NCBI GenBank assembly: GCA_023213395.1
Contig: CM041465.1
Span: forward strand, 241,187,741-241,251,740
Length of the DNA stretch: 64,000 bases
Direction: 5' to 3'
Source: Cycas panzhihuaensis
Lineage: Eukaryota; Plantae; Cycadophyta
The position numbers and the translations under genes are program-made. Positions 26,068 through 40,935 of this stretch are shown here, in pieces. Each line of letters opens with the position of its first letter. The first letter of the stretch is position 1. The notes beneath the pieces are model-generated. The model had not been told where the DNA came from and did not search any database. It saw nothing but the letters and a program-made list of their open reading frames with translations.

Positions 26068-27149
26068 AGGAAAATAGGATCAATATTTGTAGATAGTATG
26101 ATTGATAAGGGTGAGTGCAAAAATCAATCAATAAGAAGATGGTAATAGATGAAAATAAGTTAGTTTTAATTCCAAGGAGGAAAAGGAAAAAATCATAATA
26201 AGGATAATAATAATCAACTATAACAAAAGGTATTAAGTAGGGTTTGATCATAGCTAAGACCATGATAAACTCAAGCAACTAAACTCAAACATCTTGAATG
26301 ACTCATCTAAATGAATCTAACCTATTATACATATAAGTGGGGATAAAGTTATCACGTGACTTGCCCTAGATTATAAGAGGATGATAATAATATCTTTTAT
26401 TAATTAATAATTTTTTTGATTAATTTTTTTTTTTCCTTTTTGTTTCTTTTACTTCTATTTTTTTAATTTTCTTGATATTTAGAAGAAGAAGAATATTAAC
26501 TTTCTAATTATGAAATACCTTTCCCTAATGTAGCAAGATTTTCTCCTTTTAATAAAAACCAAGATGGAATGATAGAAACCAAACTCATTAGAGATTAAAC
26601 TGTAGGAGAAAGAGGAGATCTAAATTATAGTGCCTCTAAATATAATGGGAAAGTGGCAGAATGAGTTTTCACCTTAAAAGTGTAAATAAAGAAAACTAAG
26701 GATGATAAAATGAAAAGAAAGATAGGTGATAAATGACCAAGAAGGGATCCCTAGAATGAAGGACTAGCATATAAGGTATAACTTGAGTAGCTAATAAAGT
26801 AACTAAAGCTAGCGAATAAATCTCTCATGAAGGATGAGTATTAACAACAAAGCTAGGGGCCTAAATTCTCTCTTGATAATATGGCTCAAAAGAGAAAGTA
26901 TTGATAATCTTGAGAAAGGAGTATTTATAATCAATGCATATGCTAAAAGGGGAAGTAGACTTAGATGATTATAAAGAAGATTACTTTATGAAAGTAGAGG
27001 TAGATTGAAGGAAAGTGAAGAAAAATTAGGAAAGGGAATTATCTATAGTTTTAGCTCTTTGAACAATGAGAATATTCAGAGCTATAGTTTATCCTTATTA
27101 TAGAGACTAGGTTCCACTAGGCATAGAACTTCATCAACTATTAAGAATT

Positions 27150-30100
27150 TATAGGCTTCTTAAATTCCAAGCCTTCTATCATATAAATTCAATAAGCACC
27201 ATTGTTTAAATCTTCAATAATTAGATAAGGTCCAACCCAATTAGGAGAGAGCTTTTGTTGCTTATAATGGAGATATTCTAATTTTAAAACTTTATTACCA
27301 ACATGGAATTTCCTATGCCTAAGCTACCTATCATGAGTAGCTTGAACCTTAGCTTTAGAGGCTATGCTATTTTGTAATTCTTGCAAATGTGTTTCATCTA
27401 CTTTTTCAAGTTTTAAGAGACATGCTTCTCTCTAGAACTCTTCATCAATAAATTCTTTTAGTAAGACATATAAGGAAGGAATCTCAACTTCTAATAGAAG
27501 AATGGCCTCAACACCATAAACCAAAGGAAAAGGATTCATGTCTATATCATTACTGATTAAAGTTTTAGATGCCTATAATGCCAAAAATAGTTAAGTATGC
27601 CAATCTCTATAAGAAGTTATAATGGTTTTAGCTAAAATCTTAGTTAAGTCTTATTAAACACATCAACTTGGCCATTTGTCTGAGGGTGATAAAGGGCAAA
27701 TAGTCTATGGCTAATGTGGAACTTACTGCATAACTCAGTAACATGGGGATTACAAAATAAACACCCATTATCAGTAATAATGATATCAGGTACCCCAAAT
27801 CTATGAATAATATATTAAAAAATAAATGTAACAACAACCTTTCTAGTAATAGAAACTAATGGAATATCTTCACTCCATTTGGTAAAATATTTAATTATAT
27901 TAATAATAAATTTATGGCTATTAGATAAAGCTGGAAGAATTTGACCAATGAGATCGAAACCCCATTGAGAGAAGGGCCAAGGAGAGATGACAAACTTCAA
28001 CTCTTGGGTAGGTTTATGAGTTAAAGTAACATGAGATTAATATTTTTTATATTTTTAAACATAGACATGAGCATCTTTAAATAAGATAAACCAATAATAA
28101 CCCATACAAAGGATACAATAGGCCATAGATTAGCCACCAAAATAAACACCATATGTTCCTTTATGGCACTTTGTTAAGGCTAGAAGAGCTTAATTGAGAG
28201 AGAGACATCTCAACAGAATCACATTAAAAGAACATTTATAAAGTATGCCATTAAGTAAAAGATATTACCTAGCTATGGCTCATATCTGTCTTCTCTTCTT
28301 TGATATCAAAGAAGAAGGGAAATATTTATCATGAAGGTAAGATTTAATCTCTCTATACTAAGGGTTATAGAAGGGATAGTCTATACATGGATAATATGTT
28401 CATTCATAAGAGTATAATTTATAGGTCGATTAGTAAGATTAGGAAGAGGAGAGTTAGCCATGATTTTTGCAATAACCATGTCTTTCTTGGATTTTCTATT
28501 AACCATTTAAAAACTAAATTCTTATAATAATAGGGATCATTTACCTAATTATCTAGTAAGGTTAGTTTTAGTTAGTAGATATCTAATGGGATCAAATTGG
28601 ACAATAAGAAGGACCTTGTTTCTAAGAAGATAATGACGTAACTTCTTAGTGGCATAAATTAAAAAAAGATATTCCTTTTTAGGAGGAGGATAATGAAGTT
28701 CAATTGCCATTAAAGTTCTACTAATGAAATAAATTATCATTCTTTAGCAAAATTATCTTCTTGTGCTAACAACTCTTCTGTAGAAGAGGTATATAGAATG
28801 AAAGGCTTGCTAAACCTTATTGGAGCAAACACAGGTGTTGAGATTAATGCTTTTTTTAGTTTGTCAAAGGACTCTTGAACTTGAGGAGTCCATCGTAATT
28901 TAACATCTTTCTTTAAAATATTGGTGAGAGGCTTAGCATCTAAGGCAAAATTAGCAATAAATCATCTTAAAAAACCAAGCCTACCCAAAATGGATTTGAT
29001 TTATTTTTGAGGTTTTTTTTAGGGGGTGGTATATCAATAATTACCCTTACTTTATTAGAGTTCTTATTACATTGTGAGAGATGATATTACCCAACATCAT
29101 TCCTGAAGTTATAGCAAAAATACATTTGGATAGATTCAAACACAAATAATACTTTTTACATCTTTTAAAAAATGTTCTCAAATAATGTATATGATCTTAT
29201 AATTTATAAGAAAAGGTAAGCATGTCATCTAAATACACTGTAATAATATTGCAAATTAAATCATGAAAAATATAGACCATTGCCTTTTTGTAAGTAGCCC
29301 CAACATTTTTGAACCTAAAAGGCATGACTTTATAAACAAAGGTGGCCCAAGGGGTAGTAAAAATAATCTTATAATGATCTCGTGGTATAATAGAAATTTG
29401 ATAATATCTAGAAGAACTATCCATAAGAGACATGACCTTGAAACTAGTTGTTTGATCCCAAATTTGATCAAGAAAAGGAAGAGGAAAGTTATTTTTGGGA
29501 TAGGCATCATTAATATTCTAAAAGTCAATGCAAATTTAAATTAAGCCATTCTTCTTGGCAACTGGGACTATATTTGTAACCCATTAAGAGTAATCAATGC
29601 TCTTAATGAATCTAACTTTTAATAGTTTCTCAATTCCTATTTGATAGTAGCAAAAAGATGTGGGTGAATAGGTCTTTATTTTTGGCATTTAGGTTTAACA
29701 CCAATAGTAATAATGATATTATGTTTAATGACATAGGGATCAAGACCCTATATATCATTATAATCTTAATAAAAATTTGAATGAAACTCATGAAAGAGAT
29801 ATTTAGACTAAGAAATCTCTTAAGGAGTAGAATTAGCTCCAAGCTTAACAATTTTAGGAGTATCCCCCAATTCTAAGTTGATATCTATAGTTTCTTCCAT
29901 GAGTATAACATTACCCTCTTTAAAACAAGGAGGAGTGGGATTTATAGAGGAAACTATCTCCTAAAGTTAGGAATGATTCATTAGTGGTGAATCAGGTTAT
30001 ATCACCTTTGAAAAACCTAACTTATGATGACAGGATGGAAGATTAAGAGTTGATCCCACTAGATGCTCAAGGATGAACTTGTCATTTTCAAAATGATCTA

Positions 30101-31634
30101 AATAAAATAGGTCAATGAGGAGAATAATTTTAAATAGATTGATATATAAGGAAAATGACTTAAAAGGTGGGGGATCGTCAAACAAAGAGTTTGGATAAGT
30201 AGGTACAAACTTAATAATTGAAGAGATTTGAGAAAAATGAATGGGTCTATTAATGAATTCCCAAGTTAAAGTGAAAGTCTATTCAAATTCACGATGGTAG
30301 GAATGATGATTTTGATTAGATAAAGATATGAAGATGAGGAATAATGGAGGATCATCAATAGGAAAATGAGAAGGAAAAGAAATTATAGAGGCCAAATTCA
30401 TTTCTTTTACTTGATTGAATGTATTTTAATTCCTTTGAGACATAACATTCAAAGGAACAACCTCATCATTTAATTCTAAATCCAAGTACGTATGCAATAA
30501 TATTTTCTTCTCATGTCTATTTAGCCATGTAATAAAAAGAGAATACCTAGAGAAAATAGGTGTTATATGAGTAGGAACATCTTGTGAAGAGGAAACCACA
30601 CGATTCATTGAAGAAGTAGATATTCTAGATGGAATTGAAGTATTGATCGTTGAAGGCAAATATAAAACATATAAGAAATAAGTCTAAGTAGAGAGAAATA
30701 TTTGAATCAGTAATTTCACTCACAGTTGTCTCCTTACAAAATATACTAGAGTGTGATATCATTTCTTCATAAGAAGAAAAAGGTGAAACCAAAGATTGAT
30801 AAGTAGGATTAGAGGAATGAGATGTAGATGAAGAACCTAGTTTAATAGGGATAATTTCAACCAAATTAACAACCTTTACTTCTCCATAAGGAGGAGGAGT
30901 TTTAATGGAAAAATACTTCCCTAAAACTAGAGATTGAAGGAAACATTTTAAGGAGTTAGATGACTCACCAAGTTTAGAGAAAGCCTCAATGAGGGGGACA
31001 AATTGTTTAATAGGTTTTGACCTATGCTTCATAATCTTTAATTTGCTTTCATGGATGAGTCAAAGTTCATCAAAAATGGAAGAATAAATAGTAGCCATTT
31101 AGGTAATCTAAGGTCTACCTAAAAGGATATTATATTCTAGGTCAATATCAATAACGGTTAGTTTAGTATAAATTGTCTTTTCTTATAGGGTCAAAGAAAG
31201 AGTAACTTAACCAAGAGGAACTTTCTAATTCTTATCATATCCTTAGTAAATCCACTCATAAGGGTCAAAGACTTAAATCTCTAAATCCTCAACAAGATAA
31301 AAGGGAAGTACAGTAACATATAATCCCTTATCGATGATAACATATTTAATATTAATGCCATCCTTAATAATTTCAATATAGAATGGGGTATGTCATTTAA
31401 ATCATGAGTGGTATGAGTAGGCAATGTGGCTAAATCAAAAGAAAGTATGGAAGTAGATGAACCAACTATAGTGGTAACTCCTAATGCATCAAATAGGAGA
31501 TGATGTTACTTATGGTAATACTTCAATAGATCTATAACTGAAATACCAATAAGAATAGTATTCAGCTCATTAACTAAAGAAAATGATCCATCCTTTAAAC
31601 TAGAGGGAATGGATCTAAACCTAATGGGATGATA
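27150..31634 (-). pseudogene. Tat-type Gypsy pol (PR-RT-RH-INT), decayed
   Basis: SLMD.SSRYYQI..FTTPWATFVYKVMPFRFKNVGATY..VYLDDML (RT); IYFISRTL..YATKKLRHYL (RH); PWPFSQWGFDLIG..KYFTKW and PNWVGPY (INT). Split from gag by Copia-2. Confidence 0.92.
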
Positions 31635-32139
31635 GGAAATGAAAGAAAGGGTAACATGCACAATGCCACAGGATCGAGAAATTAATAAACACAGGTATAA
31701 TGAGACATTGCATACGTACACAGCATTTCATAGGTAGAAAACCCCTTCTGGGGAAGAAAAACCACCTCACTAATCTAAAATTTTATTGATATCAAAAACT
31801 ATACATAAAACCTTAATGAAAATACCCTCTACATACAATAAACTAGCCTTTGAAATAGGCCTTAGATAACCTCCTAGATTCTTGGAACTAATTCTTAGAA
31901 TCTAAGAGAGACTATTTGTAGTAAGAGAGGTTCATTGAAATGGGCAGTTACACATTTTAACGACCTTTACATAATGATTAAATATTAACATAAATTTTCT
32001 AATATTAAACTTTTAAATCACTTAAATTTATATTTACACATGTGACATAAAGATAACATAAAGTATTAACAATATAAAACTAATATTAATATTCCTAACA
32101 CCCCCCTTTAATGTTAGCTTTTATACAATATAGAAAAGA

Positions 32140-35100
32140 AGGTCTTCATCATGTTGATCCCCCTTTAATGGAGACTTCTTTTATCTTTAACAAATCTCGC
32201 AGGTTTAGAAACTTGACTTTAGTCAAAGACTTAGGAAGTATATCAGCAACCTATAGATCTATAGGATAATAAGAGAAATAAACAATATTATCAGTAACAA
32301 GATTACAAATAAAATGTTGATATAATTCTATGTGTTTAGTTCTAGAATATGTAACTAGATTTGTAGCAATAGCAATAGCACCTTGATTATCAACTTTAAG
32401 TTATATAGAAGAGTTAGGAGATAGACCAATTTCATTTAAAAGAGATTTGAGCCAAAGTGTTTATTTACTTACTTCAACAAATACTCGATATTCAGCTTCA
32501 GTTATTGATAAAGCTAAAGACTGCATTTTTTTGCTAGACCAAATAATAGGTGAAGAATCTAGAAAAATACATAACCTGATGTAGACTTATGGTCATTGAT
32601 GTCACCTGCCCAATCTAAATTAGTATACACTATTAAGGTTAGAGGTTTACTGTAAGAATTATAAGTTAGTCCATAAAAAAATAGTACTTTAAGGATATCT
32701 AAGAATATATTTAGTAGCTTTCTAATGTGATTTATATGGTTTTTACATATAACATGAACATAAAGTAACATCATAAGATATATCAGAGTGAGTATGGGTT
32801 AAATAAATAAGGCTACCAATAAGCTGCCTATATAAAGTTAGATCACACAAGGGTGTGGAACAATCGGTAGATAGTTTTACTCCTAATTGTAGCAGATTAG
32901 AAATTGGTTTAGTATTTTCCATGTTAAATCGTTTGATTAGGTCTAAAATATATTTTGGTTGGGAAATGGTTATTTTTGAATCATGCTAGTAAATTTGTAA
33001 TCTAAGAAAATAGTGTAGAAGACCTAGATCAGTCATTTCAAATTTATTCATTAAGGTAGTCTTTAAGTAATGAATGATGTTAGTTGAAGATCCAATAATG
33101 ATAATATCATCAACATACATGATTAAAATGGTAATATTTTTGTTTTCACATTTGAAATAGAGATTTAGATCACTAATGCATCTAGTGTATCCAATTTGAA
33201 TTAGATAATCATCAACTTTTGTGTACCAAGCTTAAGGAGCTTGTTTTAATCCATAAATTGATTTCTTTAGTTTACAAACTAAATTAGGATTGTCAATAAA
33301 ATTAGGTGATTTAGTCATATAGATCTCTTCTTTGAGATCACCATTCAGAAAAGCGCTCTTTACATCTATTTAATGGATTTTCCAATTAAATTTAGTTGCT
33401 AGAGCAATAATTGTTTTAATGGTATTTATCTTTACAACAGGTGCAAAGATTTCATTATAATCTATACCATCGATTTGAGAAAATCCTTTTGTAACAAGGC
33501 GAGATTTATGTTTTTCAACTGCGCCTGATGAATTGTATTTGGTTTGATAAACCTATTTATAATCAACTACGTTTTTTCTTGGTGGGAGTGGTATGAGTTC
33601 CTAAGTTGAATTCTTCTTTAAAGCATTAAATTCAACTCGCATGGCTTTCTGTAATACAAGATTATTGATAGCTTATTTAAAAGTTTTTGGATCATTGCTG
33701 GCCATTATTTTAGCCATTAATGTATAGTTAACATGTAATTTTTTAGCACATATTCTTCTGGTATCTAAAGGATTACCTACATCAGATCCAACATCGAAAA
33801 ATGTTTTCTTTACCAATACAGGTTGTTTGTTAATAACTATTTCTGTAGTTATAGGTTGAGTTGAGGAGCTAGCTTGAGAAGAAGAATATGTTCTAGTTGG
33901 TTTAGATATAGTCTAATTCTATACTTGTGTAGATAAGGATTCTATAATTTCAAAGTCAACTTATTTATCAGAGGGGTCAACCAAATAGGTATTGGTTAAT
34001 AGATTTTCAATCAGAAGTTCTATATAAGTAGAGGTTGAAGAAGATCCTTCTTCATCAAATATTATATCACGCAAAATTAAAATTTGATGTGTGACTAGAT
34101 CCAAAAGTCCATAGGCTTTACTTTCTTCATTATATCCAACGAAGATATATTTTTGACTTTTAGAATCTAGTTTCTTACATTCTTCTTTGGGAATGTATCC
34201 CCACGTAATACTTCCAAAAATTCTTAAATGATTAACTCAGGGTTTTCATCTAGACCACTTTTGTTTCAGAGTAACGTTTTGTAAACATTTAGTAGGTAAG
34301 TAGTTTAAAAGATAGTTGGAGCAGGCAATTACTTCTACCTACAACTTTAGATCAAGATTCTTTGTATGTAACATGCAACGAGTCATCACAACAAGAGTAT
34401 GGTTCTTGCATTCAGCAACACCGTTTTATTGAAAAGTATAGGCAACAGAATGTTGAAATTGAATTCTGTGCTTCTTACAAAAGAAAATGAATTTTCCACT
34501 TAAGTATTCTTTTGCATTATCAAATCTGAAGATTTTAATTTTTGAGTTTGATTGGTTTTCTATAAGTGTTTTGAATTCAGTGAAAATATCAAACACTTTA
34601 TTACAAATTTTGAGTATGTATACTCAACATTTTCTCAACAAATCATTAATAAATGTGACAAAATAACGAGAGCTAGAATATGAGGTTACATGAAACGGTC
34701 CACATATATCAGAGTGAACAAGTTCAAGTGGAACTTTTGCTCTGAATTGAGTTTTATGTGGAAAATGATCCATGTGTTGCTTACATATTACATAGGATTT
34801 GCAAACACCTTAAACATTATTTAAAGGTAGAAGACCATGAACCATGTCATGTCTTTTTAGGTATTGAAGTTTTCCATAACTAGTATGGCTAAATCGTGCA
34901 TGTTATAATTTACTAATTGGGTCAGATTTAGCTATAAAGGTACTAAAGGACTTTGTTTTGTTATTTTATAAACCCGTTAAACTATAGAGACATATACTAT
35001 GATCAACAGGTCCAGAGGTAATACATTTAAATTTATTAAATGGTTCTTTAATAGTAAATTTATCTTTCCAAAATTTGACAACAAAGTCTTTCTGGAAAAT

Positions 35101-36345
35101 TTGGTAAACAGAGAGTAAGTTTGGTAATAAACCAAGTACGTAGAAGACATCCTTGATTAAACTGTCTTTTAAAGTAACATCACTTGATCCTTTTACTTTA
35201 AGTTAGGTTCCACTTTCAAAAGAAATCTCTTCTTTAGAGTTAGTTTTAGATTGATAAGTGGATAAATTTTTCTGGTGTCGTGTCATGTGATGGGACACAC
35301 CAAAATCAATGATCCATTGTGGTGGTTGATTAGTTGGAGTAATAAATGCAGAAGTTGTTGCCATTAGAGAATGATTATAAGATTATGGTCGAGATTGTGG
35401 TGAACTTTGTAATCCCTTTGAAGCTTCCCATGCTTTTAAAGCTATTCTACTTGTATAGACATCAATAGTATGGCCTTCTTTATGGTAGTAAGCATAACTA
35501 ATGCTCTGAGAAGGATTAATAGTGTTTTGATTTAAAAAAGACTGATTAGAAGTATTCTGATATTTAGATAGACCAGAATACTTAATATTGTTTTGAGGGT
35601 TAGGAGGTGAACCTCTATCAGGTTCCTAGAGTTTTGGACTACTGTTGAAGTTGTTTTGATGTTTATTTTTATTTTGGAAAGAAAAGCCTGAAAAAGATCT
35701 TTCAATATGCCTATTTGAATTAACATTGTTTGATGTTCTATCAATTAACTTATCAACTGATTAAAAGTTATAAGAGGATTATCAGATTGTTGTCTACCAG
35801 TTTTAAAAAAATTAAAATATTTTGGTAATTTGTTTATAGCAAAACAAACAAGCATATCATCGTCTTTGGCATACGTGACTATTTGTTCATCATCACCTAC
35901 TTTAATTTAAGTTTTAATACAGTTACCTAGGTCTTTATTAATTAGTTGAATTTTAGATTAAAAAATCTTCGCCTTTGGAAAAATCATCATAATTAAGATC
36001 ATACAATTGTTATTCTAGGACAACCAATTATTATGTGTCAACCTTATCATATTTCTACTTAAGAGTATTCCAAACAGTGGCTAGATCATCCGTTTCATAG
36101 AACTATCGACTGATTTCTAGTGAAAGTGAGTTCAAGATGGTGCATAGAGATGACTTTGAGTTTATCAAATATACCATATAGCTTTATGAAGTTGTTTCTT
36201 TTAGTTTTTTGAATTCACCTGTTACATATCGCCATATCTTTTGTTATTTAAGCTGATGGGATATGTGATTCCTCCAGTCGACATAGTTTGAGCTAGTTAG
36301 AACTAGAATCGGAATGCAGGTGGTTGACCTTGACATTAGTGCCAT
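32140..36345 (-). pseudogene. Copia-2 gag-pol (disrupted)
   Basis: ATG 36345 (MALMSR..LTSSNYVDW); WIIDFGVSHHMT (PR); HSDICGP (IN); YVDD (RT); DWAGDINDHKSTSGY and VADILPK (RH). Confidence 0.93.
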
Positions 36346-36769
36346 ATTGGGAATTGTAAAAAATAATTAGAAGTCAAAAGATTTAGAAGATCTAGATGAA
36401 TAAACGTAGGTAAAGAAAAGTCACATAAAGAATTTACCAAATACCAGAGTAATCATATTAATATTTCACATACATATTTAAAAAACAGAAAATCATTGTT
36501 GTATGATTAGATATCTTTCCCCTAAAAAGAATTAAATGTTCCCCTTTTCTAAAAAAAATTAATAGTCCCCCTTATTAATATATTTGAAAAAATAAAACCA
36601 AATAATAATGAAGGTGTTATGACAAGAAAAATTTTAAATATTGTTTTAAATGGTTCTCCTTTGGAGAAGAGGAAAGAGTTGCTCACTTAAGATGTCTTTT
36701 TAAAGTATTAGAGATAAGTTTGAGAGAGGGGATGAGTAGGAGACTATAAAAACTAAGAGAAGAAGGAAA

Positions 36770-37450
36770 GAATAATTTGGTATTTTCAAATGATTAAATT
36801 TTTAATCTAATGAACACATATCTTTAAGAGAGGGGATTAAAGGAGGGTTTATGTCAACATTAAAATGAAGTAATAGAGGGACTAATTTAACATTTTTAAA
36901 AAAAATGTAGTTAGAGTGGGTGATTATAATAAATATAATAGAGGATGATTTAATGTAATAATCAATATATAAGAAAGGTAACATAAATGTATTGTATTAT
37001 AGTAAGGGGAGGAAATTAAAGTATATAGGGGTGGTTTATTTTAATTACCCTAGGATCAATAAAAAATGTAGTTAAGGGAAGATGTATTGATTTAATTTTA
37101 AAATGTAGTAAAATTTGATTATTAAAAAGTAATAGGGGGAGAGGATTAATTTTATTCTATAGATCAAATGTAATAAGGGGAGAATTTATAAAGTATTGGG
37201 CGGGGGGGGCTAATGTTTATAAATCAATTGTAATAGGGGAAATTGATTTTAATCTTAAAGTGTAATAGAGAGGGGAGTAATGTAATGATAAATATAATAA
37301 AAAATGAGGGGGTAAAAGTAATAAATATATTTATTGTAAGGAGGAGAAGGGTTGATTTAATAAGGAGAGGTTTACTTAAATTATTAAAATATAATAAGAG
37401 AAGGCTTATGTTAATTACGCTAAAGTTTGAATGAAAATATATATAGAGAA
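36770..37450. repeat. Degenerate TGTAATAGGGGA-type minisatellite in Copia-2 leader
   Basis: Motif variants at ~36869, 37000, 37068, 37129, 37169, 37229, 37261 and 37335. Confidence 0.6.
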
Positions 37451-37579
37451 AAGAATAAATATATATATAATCAAAGGGGGTTAGGGCGACGCGGACCCGA
37501 CCGAATTATGTTATTTTTGAGAGAAAGTTAAAATTAAGAATCATTTGGGATCCAAGGGGGGGTAAGGGAGGCAAAACCC

Positions 37580-38620
37580 TACTTGGTAAACCCAATCATG
37601 GCAGTGGCTCTGTTTGGTTCTCTCTTGCTTCGAGTCACTCCATCAAAGACACTAGCTAAAGGTGGCTCGATTGACACGTTTAGCTTCTAGGTTGAGACAT
37701 TGAGGCATTTGGCTTCCAGTTTAATGCAGATTTGAGTAGTTATGGAGGCATCAAACCCTCGCTGAGGTTTTAGAAATAAGAGCGGTGAGGGTTTAGCGAT
37801 GATCGTTGGAAATTCTCTCCAGCTACAAGTTTGATGGCTTCGGTTCTTCGGCGGCAAAGTGATGGCATCTGAATTAGATTTAAACCATACCATCCGTAAT
37901 GTAAGGGTTTCAAGTCTTGACTTTTTCGTCATCGCAGGTCTTTATTGACTGTAATACCTGTTTGTATATTCTTTCACCATTAGATTACATCTATAATCTT
38001 AGGATCTGTATAATCTAGAGGAACTCTCTTGTGTAGAAATGATTTCAATTTCTATTTGTATTGGCTAGTGAACTGAAGGTCTGCAAGTCTCAGTCTCGAA
38101 AGACACAAGATGTCCTGCCAATTCCTGTACTATCTTCCTCCTACCATTTCTATTATAATATATAATTCCAGAGACAGCATTGAAGTGACTTTATTCAACT
38201 TTCTGTTGGCTTTTAAATCCAAACCATTTATTCAGCATCACAGGTGTATGCATTTGAGCGATCACTTTGACTTTCTATTGGTTTCTGGTACAACCTTATC
38301 AATGAAGCCCTTGACAATAATGCAATCAAATCGAAGCTTGTAAAATCTCATCTTTTTGTAATACCAAATTCCATATGATGGGAGGCAGATAGGGGCAACA
38401 ATAGAGGGCAAGCTCATATCAGGTCTATTTTCAAGACCCTTGCCCACATGAAATGATGCCAAACAGACAACCTTCTGTCTATGTGTTGCTACAAGCATCT
38501 TCCCCAAGAATTTTCTATGACTATCTCAGCTTGCCTGCTATTCATAAGATTCAACCAGGATTGTGGATGTGTAGTGGTTCAATTCCAGAGAATTCAATAC
38601 TATCTTGTAGAATCGCCTCT
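37580..38620 (+). other. Gene-like, CpG-retaining cargo in Copia-2 leader (unidentified)
   Basis: Higher GC than flanks. ATG-initiated pieces (MAVALFGSLLLRVTPS..; MASELDLNHTIRN|VFID) with short GT..AG segments at 37901-37937 and 37951-37983. Confidence 0.45.
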
Positions 38621-39193
38621 AAATAGGAGAAATAATGACAATAGCAGATAATAGCAAGTGTAGATTGCCAGCAGAATAGAAATACAAAAACAATAATGTT
38701 GATGGAGAATCACAGGTGCTGGGATTATGCTCTAATACCATGAAAGCATGGGTAACATGCACAATGCCATATGATCAAGAAATTAACAAACATGGGCATA
38801 ATGAGACATTGCACACGTACACAGCATTTGACAGGTGGAAAACCCCTTCTAGGGAAGAAAAACCACCTCACTAATCTAAAATTTTATTGATGTCAAAAAC
38901 TAGATATAAAACCTTAATGAAAATACCCTCTACATACAATAAACTAGCTTTTGAAACAGGCTTTAGACAACCTCCTAGATTCTTAGAACCAATTCCTAGA
39001 ATCTAGGAGAGATCATTTGTAGAAAGAGAGGTTCGTTAAAATGGACAGCTGTGCATTTCAGTGACCTTCACATAATGATTAAATATTAACATAAACTTTC
39101 TAACATTAAACCTTTAAATCACTTAAATTTATATTTACACGTGACATAAAGTAACAACAATATAAAACTAACACTAATATTTCTAACAGGAAA

Positions 39194-40935
39194 TAAGAGG
39201 TAAAGAGTTAGGATTTTTAGAGATCAAATCATTAGATGATTTGGATGGACCTACACTCTGTAATTTCCTCCATGTTGATAGTTCTCTTCATCTGGCCACC
39301 TTTAGGAGGTATTCGAGCTTGATTATTAGTATGCTTTATTAAAGGATTAGAAGTGGTAGTAGTCTTCTTAGATGAATCAAAACTAGAGGGTTCATCTTCC
39401 TTATCTTACACATGTTTTACCTTGCCTTTATAAACTTTGTTTCTCTTATCTTTATGTTGATGTAAAGAGCTTTTGTGAATCATTTAGCCTTGAGATGTTT
39501 TAGAAGGACGATTTATTTGAATGTTTGTATTTTACATTATGGACTAAACTATATGATATTCACTTATATCGTCGGTGTTTGTTTAGTGGTAAGGATACAG
39601 TTTCATCTTCCTAAAAGGAGAAGAAGGTGTAGATGGAACTTATTTCTTTCTCCCTTTAGTAAGATGAATAACCTTTATTTCTTAAGAAGACTGGCTTTCT
39701 ATAGGACCACCAACATATAACTTGATGTTGATTGCATACTCCAACAACCTAATAGAAGAAGTCAGATGATCATAGGTTGGCTCGAGATAGGAAGTCTTAG
39801 TCATTTGAATGGTCTCTTTAAAAGGGATAGATTTCCTAGACTTTTAAATACCTACTTGTATTTGGAAAGTTTCTAACGCTAAACATTGATTAACGTCTTC
39901 TTTATAGGTTTGAGGACCAAAGTTGAGTACTTTAAAATGGATATGTGGTCTCAAAGCATTGGTAAATAGATAAAAAATGAGACTAGGATCAAGTTGAGAA
40001 TGACATATATATACTTCATCTTGAAATCTTCTCATAAAGTCCCTAGAAGTTTCATCATGATTTTGTTTAATGGCCAAAAGTGATTTAATGTTAGATTTAT
40101 AGGTCTCGTTATATCAAAGTAATTGATGAAAGAGTCAACCAATTATTAAAATAAGAGAATAGAAGTAGAGGGAAGGTAATAAAACTAGTTTAATGCATCA
40201 CCTTGAAGTGATTTAGGGAACAAGCACATCATGACATGGTCATATGGCATGAAATCGGCACAGGCAAGAGCAAATACTTGTAAATGGAAAGTTGGGTCTT
40301 AAGAAGAGTCACCTAAGAATTTAGGTAACTTAGGTAAGACTAGAGGCATAGGAGATAATAGGACCTCACACAGGAAGGGAGACTTCATATAATCAAAGAA
40401 AGGCTTCCTTGGCCTCAATGTGGTAGAGCATTAAGGTAAGGATGATGGGTGTGAGGTGGTAGAAGAAATAGGTTGTTGTTGGGGCAAAGAATAAGCCAGA
40501 AGAGATGATAAAAGATTAAACTTAGTTGTGGGGTTTACTATAGAATTAGTTTGAGGTATAAGGTATTGAGGAAAAATAGGATTGAATGAAGGAAAAGGGA
40601 TTTTGTTGAGGGACCAATCTAGGAAGATGAGATAAAGAGGTAGGATTAGCAAATCCCAAAGCTTAAGATTAATTAACTGAGGAATGAGGATAAAAGTGGT
40701 AAGTATGAGGAATAGGTTGGGAAGAAGAAACTATATTAGACAACCTAAGGGAAGAGATATAAGGTCTAACACCATAGGATATAACTCTATGGGAAACATG
40801 AGGTGGTAATTGAGTTGAGATAGTAATAAGGTGAGAAAAAACTATTCTACTAGGATATAAATGGATAGGTTATGGGATTGAAGAAGATAGACCCACTTGT
40901 TGAGAGGTAAGGATATGAGAAAGACTAAGATTACC
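39194..40935 (-). pseudogene. Tat-type Gypsy gag (continuation beyond Copia-2); 5' end and LTR missing
   Basis: LPKLPKF.G...HLQVF, LFPKSLQGDAL.., and MAIKQNHDETSRDFMRRF (retrotransposon gag KQ..GE..RDF..RF). Confidence 0.85.

Larger units (their letters stand above)
31640..39188 (-). mobile_element. Full-length Copia element (Copia-2) nested in the Tat element
   Basis: LTRs 31640-32100 and 38741-39188; TSD GGAAA on both sides; PBS 38729-38740; PPT 32101-32109. Confidence 0.95.

Noticed and set aside
38262-38507. DUF789-like ORF (LPSYGIWYYK)
   Set aside because: Weak resemblance only; the upstream WYPIY-type motif is absent.
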